Assembly: GCA_038087875.1 (NCBI GenBank)
Contig: CM075988.1
Coordinates: 558,001 to 622,000, forward strand
Direction of reading: 5' to 3'
DNA: 64,000 nt
Source: Malacoraja senta
Taxonomy: Eukaryota
Below are positions 39,133 to 51,429 of this stretch, in pieces. Numbering within the stretch: position 1 is the stretch's first letter; the number at the start of each line of letters is the position of its first letter. Both the position numbers and the translations under genes were made by a program. Under the pieces are notes generated by a model. It was not told where the DNA came from, ran no database searches, and was given only the letters and a program-made list of their open reading frames with translations.

Positions 39133-39904
39133 TGTAAATTGCTCGTTCTAAACTTTCCCCCCAATCTAGTTTAAGTCAAAAGCACTGAATCAAGCACTTG
39201 AACATCTAAACTTTAGTTTAACAAAACAGAATTACAGTTCAACTACTGTACCTATCCCACCGCGGGTTCGGTCCTCGTATCTGCCCGATCAAGCCCTCTA
39301 GGCCTCGTTCAAACAGAGACACTCCAGAAGGCCATGGAGTCCCAAGTGCTCTCCCAGAAGATCAACGCTGGACCTCGTGGCAGCGGACCTTTATAGGTCT
39401 CGGGACCTCGATGGGCCGAAACACATGGGGGTAATCTCTGAACAATCCAATTACAGATATCGATCAACCCCATACATAACAGATATTTCCCTAACCCAAT
39501 AATACAGCAGCTTAATACATTGTATTCAAACAGGACTTCTCAAGGAAGCCAACTTAGAAACATTTACTCTGATCGGCAAGAAACCCAGACAAGGCTCACT
39601 ACCTCATCCAATCAACACTTGGCAAAGTAGAACTCTGCAACATTATTTACAATTATTTACAAGGTGTATGTCTGGTTTGCAGCCATCCAATCCATACTAT
39701 GCATTTTGCACCTAATTGACAGGGTCTGCAATGTTCCTATTCTTTTCTTGAAACTTGTATCTAGGCTCTAGACACACTGGCACCACTCTGCAGCCTGTCC
39801 CAGTTCTGCAGAGAGCAATTCCAAATTGACCAAATCTCCCAGCAGCCCTGAAGCTTTTACCCCCATTTTAAAGTCATAGCCTCTCCAATTTGGCAGGATT
39901 AACA
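39133..39904 (-). repeat. ERV 5' LTR
   Basis: tgtaaat...attaaca; repeat of the split LTR at 13948-18423. Confidence 0.93.
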
Positions 39905-39908
39905 TTAC

Positions 39909-41377
39909 CAAGATGTTGTTCATAGTCTGAAGTCGTACTATACATACCAAACCTTGCACAAATGGCTGTTTCTTTTAACACCATGTACATCAGCTTCTAA
40001 TGTTGATAGCTCTTCTTTTAATTGTTGTCTTTGACAGAAAGAGATAACTGCGTTTTCTGCCTCAGGACATAAACACTGTCCTATGATAATTTAAAGACTT
40101 GCATCTTTTTATCAACCTTTTTGCCAGGACCCTTTTCAAAGATACCTTCAGCTCCTTTCTTTTTCGAGCCAACAGCAAGAACATTGTCCTTAGTTTAAGA
40201 AACCAAGCCACCAGAGAAATGGGTAATTAAATGGTTTGTTGGGTCTAATGGATCCTTGACAATAACATTCACTGTGATGTCTTGCTTAATTTCCGGATCA
40301 TTAGCAGAGATTACAGAATCCAGGTTAAGCTTTGGCCATTCTCTGTCTGCCTTACAGAGAAACTCAGGTCCCTTGATCCATCTCTTGCTGCATAAGAAGA
40401 GGTCTGCTGTTAGTCCTCTAGAGGCTTTGTCCTTTGTGTTAACGTATTTCCACTGTGATACATTAGTAGCACTCCTTACAAAAGAGATTCTGTTTGCTAC
40501 AAATGTTTGAAAGCATTTGCTTTCATTGTTGAAGAACTTAAGCACTATTGTACTATCAGTCCAGAAGATAGATTTCTCCAGCAGAAGCTGTATTATGTCA
40601 ATTCTGACAGCTAAGACTGCGGCTGTAAGCTCCAATCTGGGAAGCATCATTTGCTTTAATGGTGCCACTCTGGCCTTTCCCGTTATGAATGCAACATGTA
40701 CTTCATTGTTATCATTTTCCAGTCAGATATGAAACAAATAGTCAATATACTTTTCTGATACTTTGACTTGATGACACATTGCTTTAATAGGTCGGTGGGG
40801 GCGCTGCAAGCCGACCTATTGAAATGGAAAATGGAAAATGGAGGAGGACTGGCCAAATGTTGTGCCTTCTACCACAGTGATGAATGCTTTGGTGGATGTT
40901 TTTGTTACATTTTTATTGTGTTTTTGTGTGTTCTTTTTCATTGTACCGCTGCTGGCAAATTCATTTCACTTGCACTTTATGCACTTTATGTGCAAGTGAC
41001 GAATAAAACTGATTGTATTGTATTGTATTGGATGTATATCAGCCATCAAAGCAATCGGTTCTTGTCTGAATCTGATGAGAACTCCAATGTATGAGTTGGT
41101 AAGGTCTGGACCCTTCAGCAGTTGGCAGTTAACTGATGTTCCTTTGAAGACTGCCCCACAGTCAAAGACCACCCTCAAAGTCCCTTTCCTTGAGTGATAC
41201 ACCAAAGCTCTCAGTCACTTCGATTCAGCTGGCCCACTGGTACCATTTCAGCATAACCATATTCAATCATTTCTTTTAGGAAAGATGTATATTCATCATA
41301 AAATTTCTTATTTTTACAAAACCTGCATTTCAGGTTCTGGATGCGCTGCTCTGCAATTCAACGGTTATTCGGCAGAC
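39909..41377 (-). pseudogene. pol: BEL/Pao pol remnants (RT start, RNase H, integrase C-terminus) with internal deletions
   Basis: [33 protein letters not shown]...PRLELTAA, FWTDSTIVL, FVANRI. Confidence 0.9.
40790..41030 (+). mobile_element. Internally deleted SINE-like copy with (ATTGT)n tail
   Basis: 5' gggggcgctgcaagccg and 3' part both match the minus-strand element at 55268-56160. Confidence 0.75.
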
Positions 41378-41688
41378 TAAAGGGCCTGTCCCACTTTCAC
41401 GACTTAATTCAAAACATCTGCCGAATTTAAAGGACCTAAACAAAAATCAAGATCGTGGTAATCTACGAACTCCTACGAGTATGTCTACGAATTCCTACGA
41501 CTATTTTGATGCCCTCCTTACGACTATTACTACGGTCTCCTAGATCCTCCCTCGACCTTAGTCTTCCACACCTAAAACCCCCAACTATGACTAGCCACGA
41601 GTGAACATGATCACAAGATAAAGTCATGTAACGTTAGCATTCTTTTCACTATAAAACATCCCAGTTTTTTAAAAAATCATTCTGAACC

Positions 41689-43191
41689 ATGCGTGCAAGT
41701 AGGGAACTGGTGAGGAGGAGGGCATGAAAATTAGTACTAGTGCTGTATGCAGCAGCCCTTTTGCTTCTGCAGCATAAAGGCAGAAGGGAAAGAACAAGGG
41801 TGAAGAGGAAGCACAAGAAGAGGTCTCAGTGGGTGAAGCCCCTCTTTCAAAGAAGATTCAGGCTTGGACAATATGACAACCTGATTAATGTGCTGCATGA
41901 AGAGAATTTCTCTGCATTTAGAAACTTCACAAGGATACCACCCGAGCTGTTTAATGAGCTGAAGACAAACGTGGGACCGCTGCTGAAAAAAAAGGACACG
42001 TATATGAAAAAGGCACTGGAACCAGGCCTGCGCCTAGCCATCACCCTCTGCTACTTGGCATCAGGGGATTCGTATAAGAGTCTCTCCTACAACTTTCTGG
42101 TTGCCCACAACACCATCAGCAAGATTGTCCGAGAGACCTGTGAGGCCATTATCAAGGTATATGGAGATGAGTGAGTGGGCAGATGCGTGGCAGATGCAGT
42201 ATAACATAGATAAATGTGAGGTTATCCACTTCGGTGGCAAAAACAAGGGGGCAGATAATTATCTCAATGGGGTTAGGTTAGGTAAGGGGATGGTACAAAG
42301 AGACCTGGGTGTCCTTGTACACCAGTCACTGAAAGTTGGCATGCAGGTACAACAGGCAGTGATGAAAGCTAATGGAATGGAATGTTAGCCTTCATAACAA
42401 GAGGATTTCAGTATAGGAGTAAAGAAGTTCTTCTACAGTTGTACAGGGCTCTGGTAAGACCACATCTGGAGTATTGTGTACAGTTTTGGTCTCCTAATTT
42501 GAGGAAGGACATCCTTGTGATTGAGGCAGTGCAGCGTAGGTTCACGAGATTGATCCCTGGGATGGCGGGACTGACATACTGTATGAGGAAAGATTGAAAA
42601 GACTAGGCTTGTATTCACTGGAGTTTAGAAGGATGAGGGGCTTTCTTAGAGAAACATATAAAATTACAAAACGACTGGACAAGCTAGATGCAAGAAAAAT
42701 GTTCCCAATTTTGGGCGAGTCCAGAACCAGGGGCCACAGTCTTAGAATAAAGGGGAGGCTATTTAAGACTGAGGTGAGAAAAATCTTTTTCACCCAGAGA
42801 GTTGTGAATTTGTGGAATTCCCTGTCACAGAGGGCAGTGGAGGCCAAATTACTGGATGGATTTAAGAGAGAGTTAGATAGAGCTCTAGGGACTAGTGGAA
42901 TCAAGGGATATGGGGAGAAGGCAGGCACGGGTTATTGATTGGGGACGATCAGCCATAATCACAATGAATGGCGGTGCTGGCTCAAAGGGCCGAATGGCCT
43001 CCTCCTGCACCTATTTTCTATGTTTCTATGCAGGTGCATGGAGGAGTGGTGTACACGATGCACCTTTGGTGTCATTGCAGCGATTGCCAGGTAACACCGG
43101 GACAAAGAGTGGAAAAGAGCAGAGAGACCATCTCTGCTCATACTACAACTCAATACTGGGCAGTGTGCCATGGCAGAACAAAGTTATTTGA
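41689..43191 (+). pseudogene. Harbinger transposase, N- and C-termini only
   Basis: WVKP..RR, FRNFTRI..F..L, LAITLCYLASGDSY..L..F..TISKIV; C-terminal RDHLCSYYNSILGSVPWQ at 43031-43191. Confidence 0.88.
42171..43030 (+). mobile_element. CR1 3' fragment inside the transposase gene
   Basis: WQMQYN..KCEVIHFG, RPHLEY; (TTTCTATG)n tail. Confidence 0.92.
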
Positions 43192-43930
43192 GGAACAGCA
43201 GCCAACAGGTCCACCACTGCAGGAGGAGAGCCCACTGCAGACAAGATTGGTTATTTTTATGTACAATTGAAATCCTGCTGATTTTGTTTGATTCCAGGTG
43301 CAGTGTGAATTTTTCTGTTTATTTTAGGAGAAATTACATTTTTTGCAGATGTCTGTTCATAAAGCAGTGCTTGTCATGCATCTGTTTGTTTGATTAGTGT
43401 AGATAAATCTTTAAACATAACCTTTGAGAGCATTGCATTGTCTGTTTTATTGTTTTAATCTTTGCTAGTGTTTTATTTTCTTAAGTTCATAAGAAGAATT
43501 ACGGGAAAAAAATCCTTGTATTTCTTGTATTTTTACATAAATTGACATGTTTTTTTGTTGTTGTTTTTTTAATTTATTTTTGTTAGAAGTAAGTACAATA
43601 ATGTGGTACAGTACCTAATACTTGTTGACATATTACATTTCATATACATTTCATGTACATTTCATATACAACTTCTTATTTTTAATTTATTAATAAAGCA
43701 AGAGTAAGGGAGAAAGGGAGAAAAGAATAGATTGATATAGAGTGTTGTGTGAAATAGAAAGATAGCCCGAAAGAAGAAAGAAGAGAGAAGAAGAAGTAGA
43801 GAGAGAAAGAGAAAGAGACGAAATAGAGAAGAAGAAAAAAAGGAAAAAAAAGGGGAAAAAGGAGATTGAAAGCGATATACCTATTTAATGTTCATGGCCA
43901 CCCGTCACCTGATTCTGAACCATTTTATTT

Positions 43931-46900
43931 CTATGGTGGTGTTGCACCATATGCTTGTAAGAAGTCGATAAAGGGAGACCAAATCAATAAGAATTGGTCT
44001 ACTTTACCTGCTAGAAGGAGTCGCATTTCTTCAAGATATGCCGTTTCCGACATATTTGAAATCCACATTTTGAGCGTTGGTGTTGGCGCATTTTTCCAAA
44101 ATTTAAGTATGAGTTTTTTTGCCGTTATTAAACCGTAATTAAGTAGAGATTTTTTAAACGTATTTAGCTTATTCCCATCTTCCATTGATCCAAAGATAAT
44201 CCTTTCTGTATAAGGTTCAATTCCTCTATTAAATAGTTTTGTAAAAACTTCAAAAATTTCATTCCAGAATTTATGAAGTTTTATACAGGAGACAAAAGAG
44301 TGTCTTATGGTGGCATTCTCAGATAAGCATTTATCACAGATGGGAGAGATATTTGGATAGATTTTGTTCAGTCTAGTTTTCGAGTAGTATAATCTATGTA
44401 AAATCACAAATTGAATTAAATTATGTTTTGCATTAATCGAACATTAGGTATTTTTCCCATGTTTCTCTCGAAATTTTTATCTGTAATTCTCGTTCCCAAT
44501 CTGCTCTGATTGCCTCTGTCGATGGTGATTCTATATTTTAAATGATATTATATAAGTATGATATTAAATTGCATGAGACTGCCTTAATATTCATTGCTTC
44601 ATCTAATGAATCTAGAGTTAGAATTTGATATCCTTGTATGACTTTTTTCAAATAATCTCTAATTTGAAGGTATTTAAGGTATTGGTTATTTTTCAAGTTG
44701 TATTTTAATTGTAATTGTTGAAATGATTTTAAAAAATCCCATTTCATACAAGTCTTCAATCCTTTTAATTCCTAATCTTTCCCAATAGGTTTTGTCAGTG
44801 AGAGATGGTTTAAATGCGGGATTATTTACTATTGGAGATAAAAGCGATAAGTTTCTTAATTTCAAAGTTAGTTTTATTTGTTTCCAAATTCGAATTGTGT
44901 TGTGGATAATTGGGTTCTTCTTATATATTGTGTTGTTTAATTTTATCGGGGAGAAAAGGATCACTCCTATATTAAAAGGAGAGCAATCCTCTTTCTCCAT
45001 TCTTATCCATTCTACCTGTTGGGCAGAGCTGTCCAACCAATAAATTATGTTTTTAATATGTACTGCCCAGTAGTAGTATAAAAAGTTCGGGAGTGTCAAT
45101 CCCCCAGATTCTTTAGGTTTACACAGGTGTTTTCTTTGGATTCTGTGCGATCTGTAGTCCCATATGAAGTTTGTAATATTGGAGTCTAATTTTTTAAAGA
45201 AGTGTAAGTATATTGGTATTGGTTGAAATAGATATAATATTTGTGGTAGAAAAATCAATTTTATAGCATTTATTCTACCTATTAAAGACATCGGCAGGGT
45301 TTTACAGAATTTAATCAACGCATTCAATTTAGTTAATAAAGGCATAAAATTTGCGTTAAAAAGTGATTTATATTTTCTAGTAATTTGGATACCCAAAGAC
45401 TTGAATTTTTCTGTTGCAATTTTAAAGGGAAATTTTAACAGGTGTGTCGAGTCTTGGGGTTTTAACGTCATAATTTCGCTTTTATTCCAATTTTATATCC
45501 TGAAAAGGAGCCAAATTCCTCTATTAAATTTAATATATTTGGTATACTAACTTGCGAATTTGTAATGTATAATAATACGTCATCTGCGTATAGTGAAATT
45601 TTATTATTTGAATCTTTGGTATTATATCCCCGAATATTCGGATGGCTCCTTATACTTTCTGCTAAAGGCTCTATCACAAGGGCAAATAGCAGGGGTGATA
45701 GTGCACACCCCTGTCCATTGCCCCTTGTTAAATGAAATTTTAAAGACATAACATATTGATAGTCAGTATTCTAACAGTCGGCTTGTCATATAATAATTTT
45801 ACCCATGAGATAAAATTCTCTCCCATGTTAAATCTTTGCAATACTTTGTACAGATATTGCCATTCTACTTGATCAAATGCATTTTCTGCGTCCAATGAAA
45901 TAATTGATACATCTTCTTCTTCAGTTTTTTGTGAATACATTATATTAAACAAGCGTCTCAAATTGTTGGCTGAGTATCTTTTAGGTATAAACCCCGTTTG
46001 ATCCGGGTTTATTAGTTTACTAACGTATTTACTCAGTCTTCTCGCTAAAGTCTTTGCTAGTATTTTCTGATCTGTATTTATGAGTGCTATAGCTCTATAT
46101 GAACCTGGTTCTTTTAGATCTTTATCTTTTTTTGGTATAAGTGTAATAGTTGATTCAGCTAATGTTTCTGGTAATGTGTTTTCTTTAAAGGCATGAGTAT
46201 ATAATTTTTGTAGGCGCGGAGAAATTATCTCGTGAAATCTTTTGTAGAATTCATTACTAAAATTGAATACAATACAATAAAACCATCTGGTCCTGGTGTT
46301 TTGCCATTTTTCAACGAGTTTATTGTTTCTTCTATTTCTTTAAGTGTAATCTGAGCTCCTTCTCTTGTTCCAACAAAGTAAGTTTTGGAAGGTTACACTT
46401 ATCTAAGAAATTTGTAATTTTAATGTTATCTGCTGCGGTTTTAGATGTATATAAATTTTGATAAAATTGAGCAAATCTTTTATTAATATCTTTAGGTAAT
46501 GTTAATAATTCACCCTTATCTGATTTAATTTTTGTAATTTGTAATTGTATTTTCCTTTTCCCATTTTTTCAGCTGACGTACTAAAAGTTTATGTGGTTTA
46601 TCGCCAAATTCAAAATTTTCCTGTTTTGTAATTTGAAATAATCTTATTACTCTTGCCGATTAAATTTTATTTAATTTAAATTTCAATAAAGTTATCTTAT
46701 TGTGTTTGTCTATGGTTGGGTCTTTGGCATTATCTAAGTCTAATTGTCTAATTTCTTGTTCTAACTGCAATTGTTCTATGTTATTCTTTTTATTTTGGAA
46801 GGCTTGATATGAAATTATAATTCCTCTAATAAATGCCTTGAAAGTTTCCCATAATAACGAAGATGAAATACCTGTTGTATCGTTGGTCTCGAAGAAGACG

Positions 46901-47734
46901 TTTCATCTGTTGTTTTAAATATATACTACCTTGTGGATTGTTTAGAATTTGAGGGTTAAACCTCCAAAATGATTTTTATGCTTCATTCCTTCTAATTTTA
47001 ATTAAAAAGTTAACGGAGAGTGATCAGAAATAATGCTATTATGATATTTAGGGTTGATTGTATACGGAATTATTTCATGTCTACTAAAAAATAGTCAATT
47101 CGTGAATAAGTTTAATGTACCGATGAGTAAAACAAGTATTCCCTTCCAACTGGGTTAGCAATTCTCCATACGTCTGTTATATTTGTATTTTTTATATATA
47201 TATTTAGGAGTTCACTCATTTTAGATTTTATATTACTCCTTTTATGTTTTGCAGATATATCTAAATATGATCTAAGACACAGTTGAAATCCCCCCCTATT
47301 ATCACATTTTGATAATTGAACTCTGAAATCATATCTAGAATGTTATTAAAGAATTGAGGGTTGTCAAAATTAGGTGCATAAATGTTTATCATAGTAAATG
47401 GAGTGGAGTGAATTTCTCCCATGACTATGACATACCTCCCCTCTTTATCTGATATGCTGTTCTTGAATTTAAATGGTATACCTTTACGAATAATAATAGC
47501 CGTCCCTCTAGATTTAGAAGTAAATGGGGAATAATATGTTTGCCCGATCCAATTTGCCTTCAATTTTATCTGTGTTTGTTGTTTCAGGTGTGTTTCCTGC
47601 AAGAAAATTATGTCAGAATTAAGTGATTTTAATTGGGCGAATATCTTGCCCCTTTTAATTGGTTCATTAACGCCCCTTATATTCCAACTACAAAATGTGA
47701 TTCCTCCTGTCTTCTTTTGTTTATCGTCTTGCAT
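43931..47734 (-). pseudogene. L1 ORF2 endonuclease/RT/Cys domain, frameshifted
   Basis: SWNIRG, FLQETH, NIYAPN, GGDFN; SLDAENAFD, QGCALSPLLF, LYADD; CDKC..H..C. Confidence 0.92.
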
Positions 47735-48874
47735 TGTGAATCATTTTATTACCCTTAAGTCATATGGTGCAGCCAAGTATCTCAGAGCTCTAGGTGTTGG
47801 GTGGTCGTCCAGAATTAATTTGACATCTCCTTTCCAAAGTAAACCTTAAAACCAACAAGAAAGAGAGAGGTGATGAAAAAATAATAATAATTTAAAAAAA
47901 AGTGGTGTTAAAGTATCTAAAGAGGGATACCTTAATAAAGAGAAACCACCTAATGGTGGTAAAGAAGTATTTATGAGCTTCCGTCGTTGTTATTATACAT
48001 TCAGTTCTGCCCCCTTGACCAAATATTGTAAAAAGGAAGAAAGGCCGCTTCAAGGCTATAAAATATATCCAAAACTGGGAAAACAAAAACAAAAAGCACG
48101 GGTTCTAAATATCTATATGCATCTCCAAGTGGTCTAGTCTTGAATATATACTGAAATTTACCATATGTTAGTTATATACCCATATATACCTATACCCCAA
48201 CCCTTATTACCTTCAATTCCCCACTTAAGTCCAAAACTTTCATTTTAAACAACAGTAGGTTCCAAGGGGTTAACAGAGTCCGACTCCTGGATACCTTCCA
48301 AGTGTCTGAATCTCCTCCCCCCTCATTTACACAAAACTTATGGTAGTTCTATTATGAACATTTAATTAATTAATATTGTTGTTAGTATATATCTATAATT
48401 TTAGCTCATTATCCTTAAACTTAGGGGTACATTAAAAGTAGTTAGTATTATTGAGTTAGTTGAGTTAGTTGAGTTGGTTAGTTATTTTATGTTAGTATAT
48501 GATTATATATATTTTTTAAAGCAATCAAGCTTTTTTATATTCAAGTCCATTTGTATTATTTTCCATGTTCTCAAGCTCGAGGTTGTTTTCCATGTTCCCC
48601 GACTTTGTTTTGTTTTTCTTTAAGTCCTTCATTCAAGGTGAAACATAGCTTGCGACCTCGAATTCACATTCCAGGGAGATAACATGTCTGGCCAATGCCT
48701 CATATAAAATTCCGCCATCTTAATGAAAACAAGTTTTTAAAAATATTTTTTTAAAAAGGGTCTTATCTTCACCGGTTCTCCTCTGTAATATTTTTGGTTC
48801 TCAGACGTTCTCCTTTGCGATATATTGTGCATATTTAAATGCCGCTTCTGGATCCATAGGCACATTCCCTAGAG

Positions 48875-49705
48875 TTATAGGTAATTCTCATTTTTGCCGG
48901 ATACATTATTCCATATTTTACACCAGGGATTTCTTTCAAAATATGTCTTGCCTTTGTAAACATATTCCTTTTTTTTGACAATTTCAGCTGGGTAGGCACG
49001 AAAAAAACGAAGATTATCCCCTTCGTATGTCAGATTCGATCCGTACGGAATCTGTTTCATTATATCTTCCAATGCAGAGATGTCAAGAAATTTCACAATA
49101 ATCTGTCTTGGGGGGGACTCAGGTCTTGTCTGAGCACGACGAACCCGGTGAGCCAGATCTATTCTCGGATTTTCCGGCAGCTTAAAAACTTGTTTAATTA
49201 AGCTAGCCGCAAACTCTCGGGGGTGCATTCCAGCCTCGCTCCCTTCCTTTACTCCAACAATTCTTAAGTTCTGCCTTCTCGATCTCGCTTCCAAGTCCAA
49301 GCATTTGTCAGTCATTTTAACAAGTTGCCCCCCAGCAGCTTCTTGTGCCTTTCTCAGTCTCTCTATCTCCTTAGACATCTCACTCATTGTATCTTCCATT
49401 TCTTCCATAACCTTGTCATACTTTTGAGTGGTCTTGAGAATAGGTTCAAACTTCTCATTGCAGACTCTTTCCACCCGCTTGATTTCTGAAGTAAACTCTT
49501 TCTCAACTTCTTTCATACGTTTCTTTAGAGTAGCAAATTGCTCAATCATTTCATCGTTACCTTGTTTAATTTTTTTAGACAGATTTTTCTCCAGTGTGAT
49601 GTTCCCATCCAGTATCATTTGAGAAATCATTTGAGAAATGTCTTTAGTAACTGAAGCTCTTACCGATTGTTCCATTTGTTCCATCTGTCTCTCCTTCGCA
49701 GTCAT
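48875..49705 (-). CDS. L1 ORF1 coiled-coil/RRM protein (C-terminal frameshift likely)
   Basis: DLEARSRRQNLRIVGVKEG, AHRV, PRQIIVKF. Confidence 0.88.
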   Translation of the reverse strand: MTAKERQMEQMEQSVRASVTKDISQMISQMILDGNITLEKNLSKKIKQGNDEMIEQFATLKKRMKEVEKEFTSEIKRVERVCNEKFEPILKTTQKYDKVMEEMEDTMSEMSKEIERLRKAQEAAGGQLVKMTDKCLDLEARSRRQNLRIVGVKEGSEAGMHPREFAASLIKQVFKLPENPRIDLAHRVRRAQTRPESPPRQIIVKFLDISALEDIMKQIPYGSNLTYEGDNLRFFRAYPAEIVKKKEYVYKGKTYFERNPWCKIWNNVSGKNENYL

Positions 49706-50245
49706 TTCAAAAGGTAACCTTTGAGAATCAGCTTCTTCTTCTGAGCTTTCAGCTGCTGTTTGCAGAGGTTGAAGATGGCTTCTTGTGGCAGGTCTTTCAG
49801 GTCTCTGAAGAAGATTCTTTTTTTCATTTAAAACTGTCGTTAATCTCCATTATTTCGCAGCGATTTCTGATGACATCACTTACGCGACGTCAAACAGCCC
49901 TGGTGAGTGTTTTTAAACTCGATCCTGTCTTCCAAAACGGCTTTTTTGCGATTTTAACGGGAGCGGAGCTCAATGCAGCGTCCACCGGAAGTCCAAAAAA
50001 AAGATTAATTGACATGTATGAGAAGCCTTATTACAAATTACTGTGTTGCTTGCTGTGGTGCTCCATTTATCAAGATGTGTAAAAATGGTCTTTTAAATTT
50101 CACGAGATGAATAAAGACTTTGTTTTGCATTCAGTGCTGCTTGTCTTGTTTTCTGATCTATTGAGAGGTACAATAAATTTACATTTAAAATGCAGAGCAT
50201 ATGAGGCGCCTGTGTCAGTTCTCACTGATAAAAATGATTGTGAGA

Positions 50246-50344
50246 TCAAGTCTGAAGAAGGATTTCGACCCGAAACGTTGCCTATTTCCTTCGCTCCATA
50301 GATGCTGCCACACCCGCTGAGTTTCTCCAGCACTTTTATCTATC
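50246..50344 (+). ncRNA. 99-bp insertion with minimal type I hammerhead ribozyme core
   Basis: CTGAAGA (50252-50258), short stem II, GAAAC (50272-50276); flanked by TGTGAGA (50239-50245, 50345-50351). Confidence 0.65.
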
Positions 50345-51429
50345 TGTGAGAAATAAGATGTGAATAGATTGTATTCCTTCCCCGATTTGGTGCGAGCTTC
50401 AATTCTCTTAATATATGATGAATGAAATATTACATTCAAGTGATGAAATGTTGGAATGATATTAAAATGAAGGCTTGCAGACATCAATTTGAGTTTGAGA
50501 AGAAAAAATTCTTTTATTGTGCATAAAAGGAAAGAAATTGTGATAATCAAATGGTTTCTTAAAAAGGTCTTCAACACTATTTTTTTATCACCCTTACAAA
50601 ATGTTAGAGCTTCAAACAAAACGCAGACAAGTTCAAATTTAACAAACACAATTTAAGATAAACATCTAGATCAAACAGAACACTTTAGTCGAGTCCCATG
50701 TCCCTGTAACCCCCTCTCCCTGCATCCGAAGGTGTGTCTCTTCCATGGAGACTGTAATCTCCATATTCTGATGCCAATACAAATAAGGCTGATGCAGCAG
50801 AATGCAGCTCTGTTAAACTGATTGTTGATGTAGAAAGCTGTCTCTGAAAAAAAATAGGAAGTACATGTGAAACCAATACAGACCCTCAAAAGGTGCAAGT
50901 GACATATTTCAGATTAAAAAGTAAACTTGCTGAAAATATCATGTCTTTTCGGTCAAATCATGGACTATTTTTGGATCACATTAATATTACGAAAGGAAGA
51001 GGATTAATTTAATGATCTTATAAGGTTGTGAATGACAATTTTTAAACTAAAATCTAAGCTGACAATTATCTTCATTAAATTGTATACCTGTCCAGCCTGG
51101 AGATGTGGCTGTGCCCCCATTGGCATCTGTGTTGATTATAGCCTCGCTGACTGCTTTTGAATCACAGAATCATATATTAATAGAACTCAAATGCATTTAA
51201 AAAATCTCACTGAGGAGGTCAGAGGCAAAGGACTACAATCATCAAAGCGTTCATCTCATGTTTAATTCCTGCTCAGAATAGGATGAGGTTGTTGATATAT
51301 GGGACGTGGTGCCATCTCATCTGAGAAGGACAGAAATTGCAGCCAAACGATGATAGAATGACAGATAATTGAAATGGCATATTTACCCTATCGCAGTAGA
51401 CTATTGCTTGATTAACAACTCCTTTGGTG

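Larger units (their letters stand above)
13948..39904 (-). mobile_element. Class I (gamma/epsilon-like) endogenous retrovirus-like provirus; gag only detectable
   Basis: TG...CA LTRs; 4-bp TSD TTAC (13944-13947, 39905-39908) whose removal restores BEL NILVRPITK; tRNA-Pro PBS; PPT; CCHC gag. Confidence 0.9.
43551..50006 (-). mobile_element. Full-length L1-clade LINE, degenerate ORF2
   Basis: A-rich tail at 43551; 11-bp TSD AATTGACATGT (43540-43550, 50007-50017); ORF1 and ORF2 motifs. Confidence 0.92.

Noticed and set aside
41689..43191. Domesticated HARBI1-like host gene
   Set aside because: Lies within TIRs and TSD, lacks the DDE core and has an early stop.
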